Positions 44,785 to 60,500 of a stretch of DNA of 64,000 nucleotides are shown here, piece after piece. Positions within the stretch are counted from its first letter, which is position 1; each line of letters starts with the position of its first letter. The notes below the pieces were generated by a model. The model worked only from the letters and a program-made list of their open reading frames with translations, did not search any database and was not told the origin of the DNA. This DNA is from Bugula neritina (taxonomy: Eukaryota; Animalia; Bryozoa): assembly GCA_964035545.1 (NCBI GenBank), contig CAXIUT010000230.1:1364001-1428000 (forward strand), given 5' to 3'. A program made the position numbers and the translations under genes.

Positions 44785-47255
44785 ACATAATGCAACATAC
44801 TGTACCATACTGAAATACACTGTAACATATCGAATTACACTGCAACATACTGCAACATACTGAAATATACTGCAACATACTGCAACATACTGAAATACAC
44901 TGCAACATACTGAATTACATTGCAACACATTAAAATATACTGCAACATACTGAAACATACTGCAACATACTGAAATATACTGCAACATACTGAAATACAC
45001 TATAACATATTGAAATATACTGCAACATACTGAATTACACTCTAACATACTGAAATATGCTGTAGCATACTGAAATACACTGCAACACACTGAAGTATAC
45101 TGTAATACACTGAAATGTAATGCAACATAGTGAATTATACTGCAACATAGTGCAACATAGTGAAATACACCACAACATACTGCAACATACTGAAACACAC
45201 TGGAACATTTTGAAATACACTGCGACACATTGAAATACACTGCAACATACTGAATTATACTGCAAGATACTGCAACATACTGAATCAGACTGTGACATAC
45301 TGAAGTACACTGCAACATACTGCAAGATACTGCAACATACTGAAATACACTGTAACATACTGAAATACATTGCAACACATTAAAATATACTGCAACACAC
45401 TGAAACATACGGCAATATACCGAAATACACTGCGACACCCTGAAAAATACTGTAAATACTGAAATCTACTGTGAGTGGTGCAACATACTGAAATACACTG
45501 TAACACACTGGAATACACTGCAACACATTGAAATATACTGCAACACACTGAAACATACGGCAACATACTGAGATATACTGCGACGTCTTAAAATATACTG
45601 CAACATACTGAAATATACTCCAACATACTGCAACATACTAAAATACACTGTAACATACTGAAATACATTGCAACACATTAAAATATACTGCAACATACTG
45701 AAACATACTGCAACAAACTGAAATACACTGCAACATACTGAAAAACACTATAACATATTGAAATATACTGCAACATACTGAATTACTCTCTAACATACTG
45801 AAATATGCTGTAGCATACTGAAATACACTGCAACACACTGAAGTATACTGCAATATACTGAAATGTACTGCAACATTCTGAATTATACTGCAACATACTG
45901 CAATATACTGAAATACACTGTAACATAAAGAAATATGCTGTAGCACACTGAAATACACTGCAACACACTGAAGTATACTATAATATACTGAAATGTACTG
46001 CAACATAGCGAAATATACTGCAACGCATTGAATTACACTGTGACATATTGAAATATACCACAACATACTGAAATGTAGCGTAATATGCAGAAATGTACTG
46101 TAACATACCAAAACATACTGTAACACACTGAAATATACTCTAACATAGCGAAATACACTGTAACATACTGAAATATACTGCAACATGCTGCAACATACTG
46201 AATTACACTTGAACATAATGAAATACACTGCAACACATTGAAATATACTGCAACATATCGAAATGAATGGTAAACTAGTGAAATATACTGTAACATAATG
46301 AAACATACCGGAACATACTGCAAAATAACAAAATATATTGCAACACATTGAAATATACGGCAACATACCGAAATATACTGCGACACGTTGAAAAATACTG
46401 CAACATACTGAAATATATTGCAAGTGGTGCAACATACTGAAATAAACTGTGACACACTGAAATACACTGCAACATACTGCAACATACTGCAACATACTGA
46501 AATATTCTGCGACACATTAAAATATACTGCAACATACTGCAACATACTGCAACATACTGAAATACACTGAAATATATCGAAATACACTGCAACATACTGC
46601 AACATACTGAAATACACTGGAACATAATGGAATACACTGCAACACAATGAAATATACTGCAACACACTGAAACATAAGGTAACACAATGAAGTATACTGC
46701 GACACATTGAATTAAACTGCAACACACTGAAATATACTGCAACATACTGAAATGTAATGTAATATACAGAAATGTACTGTAACATACTGAAATATACTGT
46801 AACAGACTGAAATATACTCTAACATACCGAAATACACTGTAACATACTGAAATATACTGCAACATACTGCAACATACTGAATTACACTTGAACGTAATGA
46901 AATACACTGCAACACATTGAAATATACTGCAACATTTCGAAATGAATGGTAAACTAGTGAAATATACTGTAACATAATGAAACATACCGGAACATACTGC
47001 AACATAATAAAATATAGTGTAACACACTGAAATATGCGGCAACATACCGAAATACATTGCAAAACATTAAAATATACTGCAAATACACTGTGACACACTG
47101 AAATACACTGCAACATACTGCAACATACTGAAATATACTGCAGCATACTGAAATGTAGTGTAATATACAGAAATACACTGTAACATACTGAAATATACTG
47201 CAACATACTGCATTATCCTGAATTACACTTGAACATAATGAAATACACTGCAACA
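44785..47255. repeat. 10-bp satellite array (continued)
   Basis: The decamer resumes in register with 39136 once the element and one TSD are removed. Confidence 0.97.
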
Positions 47256-48011
47256 CACAGGATAGTTAAGGGCAACCTTTTAGCTGCAACTGCCTTGCTG
47301 AGGTTTGCATTGTAATCATATAAGAATTCAGTACCAGTAAAATAAAATCTCACCTAATTGTGCTAGAGTCAAAATTTAAAAACTATGTTGTAGATCTTCT
47401 TTTTCCCCAGTGTAAGTTTTTTGGAAATTTCAATTTTCATTTCTTTTGCAAAGTTATAGCGAAAAAACTGCCCAATTTTGGCCAATTTTGCCTGAAAAGC
47501 TGACTTTTCAGTACCAGTAAAATATCTCAGCAGCAAAGCATGATATCTGAATAAAAATTACACTGCTGGAATCTTGAGATATTTCTCCAGTGCAAGTTTT
47601 TTTCTTTTTCCAATAACTCTTCTAGATTGCCCATAAATTGGTGATTTATACACTAAAAATGCCATATTTTTCCATTTGTAATTAGCAGCGCGCAGCACTT
47701 CACGCTTCAATGAACACGTAGGGATGAGAAGATATTGGCGCGTACATGCTAATTACAGGCTTGCTAGCCGACAGGCTATAATAAATAGCTTGCTTTGTGC
47801 TTTGTTTATGTAGCACCCATAATGGAATGTTGATAGATAACACAGCCCTAATGAAGGTTGCTGCTTATTGGTTGTAGTTTGATCTTAGGCTAAACACTTG
47901 CAAGTAGGCAACACGCATGCCACCCGCAGAGCAATATTATTTAAGAACCTAAACTACATTTTGAGAGAAATTTATGAAATTCTTAGTGAGGATGCCCTTA
48001 ACTATCCTGTG
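47256..48011 (-). mobile_element. 756-bp MITE, copy 3 (more diverged subfamily)
   Basis: Same TIRs. TSD is CA (ctgcaaCA...CAcattgaa; empty site ctgcaacacattgaa). It differs from copies 1 and 2 at clearly more positions than they differ from each other. Confidence 0.93.
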
Positions 48012-51000
48012 CACATTGAAATATCCTGCGACATACCGAAATGAATGGTAAACTAGTGAAATATACTGTAACATATTGAAACATACCGGAACATACTGCA
48101 ACATAACAAAATATATTGCAACACATTGAAATATACGGCAACATACCGAAATATACTGCGACACGTTGAAAAATACTGCAACATACTGAAATATACTGCA
48201 AGTGGTGCAACATACTGAAATAAACTGTAACTCACTGAAATACACTGCAACATACTGCAACATACTGCAACATACTGAAATATACTGCGACACATTAAAA
48301 TATACTGCAACATACTGAAATATACTGGAACATACTGCAACATACTAAAATATACTGCAACATACTGAAACATACTGCAACATACTGAAATATACTGCAA
48401 CTTACTGAAATACACTATAACATATTGAAATATACTGAACATACTCAATTACACTCTAAGATACTGAAGTATGCTGTAGCATACTGAAACACACTGCAAC
48501 GCACTGAAGTATACTGTAATACACTGAAATGTAATGCAACATGCTAAATTATACTGCGACATACTGCAACATACTGAAATACACTACACATACTGCAACA
48601 TACTGAAATACACAGGAACATATTGAAATACACTGCGACACATTGAAATATACTGCAACATACTGAAATATACTGTAACATAAAGAAATATGCGGTAGCA
48701 CACTGAAATACACTGCAACCAATGAAGTATACTATAATATACTGAAATGTACTGCAACATGCCGAAATATACTGCAACGCATTGAATTACACTGTGACAT
48801 ATTGAAATATACCACAACATACTGAAGTGTAGTGTAATATGCAGAAATGTACTGTAACATACTGATATATACTGTAACACACTGAAATATAGTCTAACAT
48901 ACCGAAATACACTGTAACATACTGAAATATACTGCAACATACTGCAACATACTGAATTACACTTGAACATAATGAAATACACTGCAACACATTGAAATAT
49001 ACTGCAACATATCGAAATGAATGGTAAACTAGTGAAATATACTGTAACATAATGAAACATACCGGAACATACTGCAAAATAACAAAACATATTGCAACAC
49101 ATTGAAATATACGGCAACATACCGAAATATACTGCGACACGTTGAAAAATACTGCAACATACTGAAATATATTGCAAGTGGTGCAACATACTGCAACATA
49201 CTGAAATACACTGTAACATATTGAAATACTCTGCAACATACTGCAACATACTGAAATAAACTGGAACATATTGGAATACACTGCAACACATTGAAATATA
49301 CTGCAACACACCGAAACATACTGCAACATACTGAAATAAAATGCAACATACTGCAACATACTAAAATACACTGTAACATACTGAAATACATTGCAACACC
49401 TTAAAATATACTACAACATACTGAAACATACTGCAACAAACTGAAATACACTGGAACATACTAAAAAACACTATAACATATTGAAATATACTGCAACATA
49501 CTGAATTACTCTCTAACATACTGAATTATGCTGTAGCATACTGAAATACACTGCAAGACACTGAAGTATACTGCAATATACTGAAATGTACTGCAACATT
49601 CTGAATTATACTGCAACATACTGTACCATACTGAAATACACTGTAACATATCGAAATACACTGCAACATACTGCAACATACTGAAATAAACTGCAACATA
49701 CCGCAACATACTGAAATACACTGCAACATACTGAATTACATTGCAACACATTAAAATATACTGCAACAAACTGAAATACACTGCAACATAATGAAAAACA
49801 CTATAACATATTGAAATATACTGCAACATACTGAATTACTCTCTAACATACTGAATTACTCTCTAACATACTGAAATATGCTGTAGCATATTGAAATATA
49901 CTGCAACATACTGAATTACTCTCTAACATACTGAATTATGCTGTAGCATACTGAAATACACTGCAAGACACTGAAGTATCCTGCAATATACTGAAATGTA
50001 CTGCAACATTCTGAATTATACTGCAACATACTGCAACATACTGAAATACACTGTAACATAAAGAAATATGCTGTAGCACACTGAAATACACTGCAACACA
50101 CTGAAGTATACTATAATATACTGAAATGTACTGCAACATACCGAAATAATATACTGCAACGCATTGAATTACACTGTGACATATTGAAATATACCACAAC
50201 ATACTGAAATGTAGTGTAATATGCAAAAAGGTACTGTAACATACTGAAATATACTGTAACACACTGAAATATAGTCTAACATACCGAAATACACTGTAAC
50301 ATACTGAAATATACTGCAACATACTGCAACATACTGAGTTACACTTGAACATAATGAAATACACTGCAACACATTGAAATATACTGCAACATATCGAAAT
50401 GAATGGTAAACTAGTGAAATATACTGTAACATAATGAAACATACCGGAACATACTGCAAAATAACAAAACATATTGCAACACATTGAAATATACGGCAAC
50501 ATACCGAGATATACTGCGACACGTTGAAAAATACTGCAACATACTGAAATATATTGCAAGTGGTGCAACATACTGAAATAAACTGTGACACACTGAAATA
50601 CACTGCAACATACTGCAACATACTGAAATATACTGCAACACATTAAAATATACTGCAACATACTGCAACATACTGCAACATACTGAAATACACTGAAATA
50701 TATCGAAATACACTGCAACATACTGCAACATACTGAAATACACTGGAACATAATGGAATACACTGCAACACATTGAAATATACTGCGATACACTGAAACA
50801 TAAGGTAACACAATGAAGTATACTGCGACACATTAAATTAAACTGCAATACACTGAAATATACTGCAACAGACTGAAATATACTCTAACATACCGAAATA
50901 CACTGTAACATACTCAAATATACTGCAACATACTGCAACATACTGAAGTACACTTGAACGTAATGAAATACACTGCAACCCATTGATATATACTGCAACA

Positions 51001-54000
51001 TTTCGAAATGAATGGTAAACTACTGAAATAGAGTGTAACATAATGAAACATACCGGAACATACTGCAACATAATAAAATATAGTGTAACACACTGAAATA
51101 AGCGGCAACATAGCGAAATACATTGCAACACATTAAAATATACTGCAACATACTGAAACATACTGCAACAAACTGAAATACACTGCAACATAATGAAAAA
51201 CACTATAACATATTGAAATATACTGCAACATACTGAATTACTCTCTAACATACTGAATTACTCTCCAACATACTGAAATATGCTGTAGCATACTGAAGTA
51301 TACTGCAATATACTGAAATGTACTGCAACATTCTGAATTATACTGCAACATACTGCAACATACTGAAATACACTGTAACATAAAGAAATATGCTGTAGCA
51401 CACTGAAATACACTGCAACACACTGAAGTATACTATAATATACTGAAATGTACTGCAACATACCGAAATATACTGCAACGCATTGAATTACACTTTGACA
51501 TATTGAAATATACCACAACATACTGAAATGTTGTGTAATATGCAAAAAGGTACTGTAACATACTGAAATATACTGTAACACACTGAAATATAGTCTAACA
51601 TACCGAAATACACTGTAACATACTGAAATATACTGCAACATACTGCAACATACTGAATTACACTTAAACATAATGAAATACACTGCAACACATTGAAATA
51701 TACTGCAACATATCGAAATGAATGGTAAACTAGTGAATTATACTGTAACATAATGAAACATACCGGAACATACTGCAAAATAACAAAACATATTGCAACA
51801 CATTGAAATATACGGCAACATACCGAGATATACTGCGACACGTTGAAAAATACCGCAACATACTGAAATATATTGCAAGTGGTGCAACATACTGAAATAA
51901 ACTGTGACGCACTGAAATACACTGCAACATACTGCAACATACTGAAATATACTGCAACACATTAAAATATACTGCAACATACTGCAACATACTGCAACAT
52001 ACTGAAATACACTGAAATATATCGAAATACACTGCAACATACTGCAACATACTGCAACATACTGAAATACACTGGAACATAATAAAATACACTGCAACAC
52101 ATTGAAACATAAGGTAACACAATGAAGTATACTGCGACACATTAAATTAAACTGCAACACACTGAAATATACTGCAACAGACTGAAATATACTCTAACAT
52201 ACCGAAATACACTGTAACATACTCAAATATACTGCAACATACTGCAACATACTAAAGTACACTTGAAAGTAATGAAATACACTGCAACCCATTGATATAT
52301 ACTGCAACATTTCGAAATGAATGGTAAACTAGTGAAATAGAGTGTAACATAATGAAACATACCGGAACATACTGCAACATAATAAAATATAGTGTAACAC
52401 ACCGAAACATGCGTCAACATACCGAAATATACTGCAACACCTTGAAAAATACTGCAACATACTTAAACATACGGCAACATACTGAAATATACTGCAACAT
52501 ACTGAAATACACTCTAACATATTGAAATATGCTGTAGCATACTGAAATACACTGCCACACACTGAAGTATACTGTAATATACAGAAATGTACTGTAACAT
52601 ACTGAAACATACGGCAACATACTGAAATGTACTGCAACATACTGAAATATACTCTAAGTGGTGCAACATACTGAAATACACTGTGACACACTGAAATACA
52701 CTGCAACACACTTCAACATACTGCAACATACTGAAATACACTGTAACATATTGAAATACACTGCAACATACTGCAACATACTGAACAACACTGGAACATA
52801 TTGGAATACACTGCAACACATTGAAATATACTGCAACACACTGAAACATACGGCAACATACTGAAATACACTGCAAAATACTGCAACATACTAAAATACA
52901 CTGTAACATACTGAAATACATTGCAACACATTAAAATATACTGCAACATACTGAAACATACTGCAACAAACTGAAATACACTGCAACATAGTGAAAACCA
53001 CCAGAACATTTTGAAATATACTACAACATACTGAATTACTCTCTAACATACTGAAATATGCTGTAGCATACTGAAATACACTGCAACATACTGAAGTATA
53101 CTGCAATATACTGAAATGTACTGCAACATACTGAATTATACTGTAACATACTGAAATGTAATGCAACATACTGATATATACTGCAACATACTGCAACATA
53201 CTGAAATACACAGTTACATATTGAAATACACTGCGACACATAGAAATATACTGCAACATACTGAAATATACTGCAATATACTGCAACATACTGAAATAGA
53301 CTGTGACATACTGAAATACACTGCACAATACTGCAAGAAACTGCAACATACTGAAATACACTGTAACATATTCAAATACACTGCATCATACTGCAACATA
53401 CTCACATACACTGGAACATATTCATATACACTGCAACACATTGAAATATACTGCAACACACGGAACCATTCGGCAACATACCGAAATACACTGCGACACA
53501 GTGAAAAATACGGCAACATACTGAAATATACTGCAAATGATGCACGTACTGAAATACAATGTGACACACTGAAATACACTGCAACATACTGCAACATACT
53601 GAAATACACTGTAACATATTGAAATACACTGCATGATACTGCAACATACTGAAATACACTGGAACATATTGATATACACTGCAACACATTGAAATCTTCT
53701 GTAACATATTGAAACATACCGGAACATACTGCAACGTAATAAAATATAGTGTAACACACTGAAATATACGGCAACATACCGAAATATACTGCGACTCGTT
53801 GAAAAATACTGCAACATACTGAAATATACTGCAAGTGGTGCAACATACTGAAATACACTGTGACACTCTGAAATACACTGCAACATAATGCAACATACTG
53901 TACCATACTGAAAGACACTGTAACATATCGAATTGCACTGCAACATACTGCAACATACTGAAATATACTGCAACATACTGCAACATACTGAAATACACTG

Positions 54001-56807
54001 CAACATACTGAATTACATTGCAACACATTAAAATATACTGCAACATACTGAAACATACTGCAACATACTGAAATATACTGCAACATACTGAAATACACTA
54101 TAACATATTGAAATATACTGCAACATACTGAATTACACTCTAACATACTGAAATATGCTATAGCATACTGAAATACACTGCAACACACTGAAGTATACTG
54201 TAATACACTGAAATGTAATGCAACATACTGAATTATACTGCAACATAGTGCAACATAGTGAAATACACCACAACATACTGCAACATACTGAAATACACTG
54301 GAACATTTTGAAATACACTGCGACACATTGAAATACACTGCAACATACTGAATTATACTGCAAGATACTGCAACATACTGAATCAGACTGTGACATACTG
54401 AAGTACACTGCAACATACTGCAAGATACTGCAACATAATGAAATACACTGTAACATACTGAAATACATTGCAACACAGTAAAATATACTGCAACACACTG
54501 AAACATACGGCAATATACCGAAATACACTGCGACACCATGAAAAATACTGTAAATACTGAAATCTACTGTAAGTGGTGCAACATACTGAAATACACTGGA
54601 ACATATTGAAATACACTGCGGCAAATTGAATTATACTGCAACACACTGAAGTATACTGTAATACACTGAAAAATAATGCAACATGCTGAATTATACTGCA
54701 ACATACTGCAACATACTGAAATACACTGTAACACACTGAAATATACTGCCGCTTACTGCATTATCTTGAATTACACTTGAACATAAAAAAATACACTGCA
54801 ACACATTGAAATATACTGCGACATACCGAAATGAATGGTAAACTAGTGAAATATACTGTAACATAATGAAACATACCGGAACATACTGCACCTTTATAAA
54901 ATGTACTGCAACACACTGAAATATACTGCAAGATACTGAAATATACTGTAACATACTGAAACACATGCAACATACTGAAATACGCTGCAACATACTGAAA
55001 TATACTGCAAGATACTGCAACATACTGAAATACACTATAACACACTGAAATACACTGCAACATACTGAAGTACACTGAAATACACTGTAACATATTGGAA
55101 TACATTGCAAAACATCGAAATATACTGTATAATACTGAAACCCATGCAACATACTGAAATACGCTGCAACATACTAAAATATACTGCAACATACTGCAAC
55201 ATCCTAAAATACACTGTAACATACTGAAATACACCACAACATACTGCAACATACTGAAATACACTGGAACATATTGAATTACACTGCGACACATTGAAAT
55301 ACACTGCAACATACTGAAATATACTGCAAGATACTGCAAAATACTGAAATACACTGTAACATATTGAAATACTCTGCAACATACTGCGACATACTGAAAT
55401 AAACTGGAACATATTGGAATACACTGCAACACATTGAAATATACTGCAACACACCGAAACATACGGCAACATACTGAGATATACTGCGACGCCTTAAAAT
55501 ATACTGCAACATACTGAAATATAATGCAACATACTGCAACATACTAAAATACACTGTAACATACTGAAATACATTGCAACACCTTAAAATATACTGCAAC
55601 ATGCTGAAACATACTGCAACAAACTGAAATACACTGCAACATACTAAAAAACACTATAACATATTGAAATATACTGCAACATACTGAATTACTCTCTAAC
55701 ATACTGAAATACACTGTAACATACTCAAATATACTGCAACATACTGCAACATACTGAAGTACACTTGAACGTAATGAAATACACTGCAACCCATTGATAT
55801 ATACTGCAACATTTCGAAATGAATGGTAAACTAGTGAAATAGAGTGTAACATAATGAAACATACCGGAACATACTGCAACATAATAAAATATAGTGTAAC
55901 ACACCGAAACATGCGTCAACATACCGAAATATACTGCAACACCTTGAAAAATACTGCAACATACTTAAACATACGGCAACATACTGAAATATACTGCAAC
56001 ATACTGAAATAGACTGTGACATACTGAAATACACTGCACAATACTGCAAGAAACTGCAACATACTGAAATACACTGTAACATATTCAAATACACTGCATC
56101 ATACTGCAACATACTCACATACACTGGAACATATTCATATACACTGCAACACATTGAAATATACTGCAACATACTTAAACATACTGCAACATACAACCTA
56201 CTGAAATATTTTGCAACATACTGAAATACATTATAACATATTGAAATATACTGCAACATACTGAAATACACTATAACATATTGAAATATGCTGTAGCATA
56301 CTGAAATACACTGCCACACACTGAAGTATACTGTAATATACAGAAATGTACTGTAACATACTGAAACATACGGCAACATACTGAAATGTACTGCAACATA
56401 CTGAAATATACTCTAAGTGGTGCAACATACTGAAATACACTGTGACACACTGAAATACACTGCAACACACTGCAACATACTGCAACATACTGAAATACAC
56501 TGTAACATATTGAAATACACTGCAACATACTGCAACATACTAAAATACACTGTAACATACTGAAATACATTGCAACACATTAAAATATACTGCAACATAC
56601 TGAAACATACTGCAACAAACTGAAATACACTGCAACATAGTGAAAACCACTATAACATTTTGAAATATACTACAACATACTGAATTACTCTCTAACATAC
56701 TGAAATATGCTGTAGCATACTGAAATACACTGCAACATACTGAAATATACTGCAACATACTGCATTATCCTGAATTACACTTGAACATAATGAAATACAC
56801 TGCAACA
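48012..56807. repeat. 10-bp satellite array (continued)
   Basis: Same decamer periodicity. Confidence 0.97.
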
Positions 56808-57563
56808 CACAGGATAGTTAAGGGCAACCTTTTAGCTGCAACTGCCTTGCTGAGGTTTGCATTGTAATCATATAAGAATTCAGTACCAGTAAAATAAAAT
56901 CTCACCTAATTGTGCTAGAGTCAAAATTTAAAAACTATGTTGTAGATCTTCTTTTTCCCCAGTGTAAATTTTTTGGAAATTTCAATTTTCATTTCTTTTG
57001 CAAAGTTATAGCGAAAAAACTGCCCAATTTTGGCCAATTTTGCCTGAAAAGCTGACTTTTCAGTACCAGTAAAATATCTCAGCAGCAAAGCATGATATCT
57101 GAATAAAAATTACACTGCTGGAATCTTGAGATATTTCTCCAGTGCAAGTTTTTTTCTTTTTCCAATAACTCTTCTAGATTGCCCATAAATTGGTGATTTA
57201 TACACTAAAAATGCCATATTTTTCCATTTGTAATTAGCAGCGCGCAGCACTTCACGCTTCAATGAACACGTAGGGATGAGAAGATATTGGCGCGTACATG
57301 CTAATTACAGGCTTGCTAGCCGACAGGCTATAATAAATAGCTTGCTTTGTGCTTTGTTTATGTAGCACCCATAATGGAATGTTGATAGATAACACAGCCC
57401 TAATGAAGGTTGCTGCTTATTGGTTGTAGTTTGATCTTAGGCTAAACACTTGCAAGTAGGCAACACGCATGCCACCCGCAGAGCAATATTATTTAAGAAC
57501 CTAAACTACATTTTGAGAGAAATTTATGAAATTCTTAGTGAGGATGCCCTTAACTATCCTGTG
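56808..57563 (-). mobile_element. 756-bp MITE, copy 4 (duplicate of copy 3)
   Basis: Same TSD (CA) and same flanks as copy 3 at offset 9552. One substitution was noticed (tgtaagtttt vs tgtaaatttt). Confidence 0.93.
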
Positions 57564-60500
57564 CACATTGAAATATCCTGCGACATACCGAAATGAATGG
57601 TAAACTAGTGAAATATACTGTAACATATTGAAACATACCGGAACATACTGCAACATAACAAAATATATTGCAACACATTGAAATATACGGCAACATACCG
57701 AAATATACTGCGACACGTTGAAAAATACTGCAACATACTGAAATATACTGCAAGTGGTGCAACATACTGAAATAAACTGTAACTCACTGAAATACACTGC
57801 AACATACTGCAACATACTGCAACATACTGAAATATACTGCGACACATTAAAATATACTGCAACATACTGAAATATACTGGAACATACTGCAACATACTAA
57901 AATATACTGCAACATACTGAAACATACTGCAACATACTGAAATATACTGCAACTTACTGAAATACACTATAACATATTGAAATATACTGAACATACTCAA
58001 TTACACTCTAAGATACTGAAGTATGCTGTAGCATACTGAAACACACTGCAACGCACTGAAGTATACTGTAATACACTGAAATGTAATGCAACATGCTAAA
58101 TTATACTGCGACATACTGCAACATACTGAAATACACTACACATACTGCAACATACTGAAATACACAGGAACATATTGAAATACACTGCGACACATTGAAA
58201 TATACTGCAACATACTGAAATATACTGTAACATAAAGAAATATGCGGTAGCACACTGAAATACACTGCAACCAATGAAGTATACTATAATATACTGAAAT
58301 GTACTGCAACATGCCGAAATATACTGCAACGCATTGAATTACACTGTGACATATTGAAATATACCACAACATACTGAAGTGTAGTGTAATATGCAGAAAT
58401 GTACTGTAACATACTGATATATACTGTAACACACTGAAATATAGTCTAACATACCGAAATACACTGTAACATACTGAAATATACTGCAACATACTGCAAC
58501 ATACTGAATTACACTTGAACATAATGAAATACACTGCAACACATTGAAATATACTGCAACATATCGAAATGAATGGTAAACTAGTGAAATATACTGTAAC
58601 ATAATGAAACATACCGGAACATACTGCAAAATAACAAAACATATTGCAACACATTGAAATATACGGCAACATACCGAAATATACTGCGACACGTTGAAAA
58701 ATACTGCAACATACTGAAATATATTGCAAGTGGTGCAACATACTGCAACATACTGAAATACACTGTAACATATTGAAATACTCTGCAACATACTGCAACA
58801 TACTGAAATAAACTGGAACATATTGGAATACACTGCAACACATTGAAATATACTGCAACACACCGAAACATACTGCAACATACTGAAATAAAATGCAACA
58901 TACTGCAACATACTAAAATACACTGTAACATACTGAAATACATTGCAACACCTTAAAATATACTACAACATACTGAAACATACTGCAACAAACTGAAATA
59001 CACTGGAACATACTAAAAAACACTATAACATATTGAAATATACTGCAACATACTGAATTACTCTCTAACATACTGAAATATGCTGTAGCATACTGAAATA
59101 CACTGCAAGACACTGAAGTATACTGCAATATACTGAAATGTACTGCAACATTCTGAATTATACTGCAACATACTGTACCATACTGAAATACACTGTAACA
59201 TATCGAAATACACTGCAACATACTGCAACATACTGAAATAAACTGCAACATACCGCAACATACTGAAATACACTGCAACATACTGAATTACATTGCAACA
59301 CATTAAAATATACTGCAACAAACTGAAATACACTGCAACATAATGAAAAACACTATAACATATTGAAATATACTGCAACATACTGAATTACTCTCTAACA
59401 TACTGAATTACTCTCTAACATACTGAAATATGCTGTAGCATATTGAAATATACTGCAACATACTGAATTACTCTCTAACATACTGAATTATGCTGTAGCA
59501 TACTGAAATACACTGCAAGACACTGAAGTATCCTGCAATATACTGAAATGTACTGCAACATTCTGAATTATACTGCAACATACTGCAACATACTGAAATA
59601 CACTGTAACATAAAGAAATATGCTGTAGCACACTGAAATACACTGCAACACACTGAAGTATACTATAATATACTGAAATGTACTGCAACATACCGAAATA
59701 ATATACTGCAACGCATTGAATTACACTGTGACATATTGAAATATACCACAACATACTGAAATGTAGTGTAATATGCAAAAAGGTACTGTAACATACTGAA
59801 ATATACTGTAACACACTGAAATATAGTCTAACATACCGAAATACACTGTAACATACTGAAATATACTGCAACATACTGCAACATACTGAGTTACACTTGA
59901 ACATAATGAAATACACTGCAACACATTGAAATATACTGCAACATATCGAAATGAATGGTAAACTAGTGAAATATACTGTAACATAATGAAACATACCGGA
60001 ACATACTGCAAAATAACAAAACATATTGCAACACATTGAAATATACGGCAACATACCGAGATATACTGCGACACGTTGAAAAATACTGCAACATACTGAA
60101 ATATATTGCAAGTGGTGCAACATACTGAAATAAACTGTGACACACTGAAATACACTGCAACATACTGCAACATACTGAAATATACTGCAACACATTAAAA
60201 TATACTGCAACATACTGCAACATACTGCAACATACTGAAATACACTGAAATATATCGAAATACACTGCAACATACTGCAACATACTGAAATACACTGGAA
60301 CATAATGGAATACACTGCAACACATTGAAATATACTGCGACACACTGAAACATAAGGTAACACAATGAAGTATACTGCGACACATTAAATTAAACTGCAA
60401 TACACTGAAATATACTGCAACAGACTGAAATATACTCTAACATACCGAAATACACTGTAACATACTCAAATATACTGCAACATACTGCAACATACTGAAG

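Noticed and set aside
43930-48011. A composite transposon formed by TIRs of different MITE copies enclosing satellite DNA
   Set aside because: Each element has its own matched TSD pair (AC, AC, AG, CA), and the satellite rejoins in register around each, so they are separate insertions.
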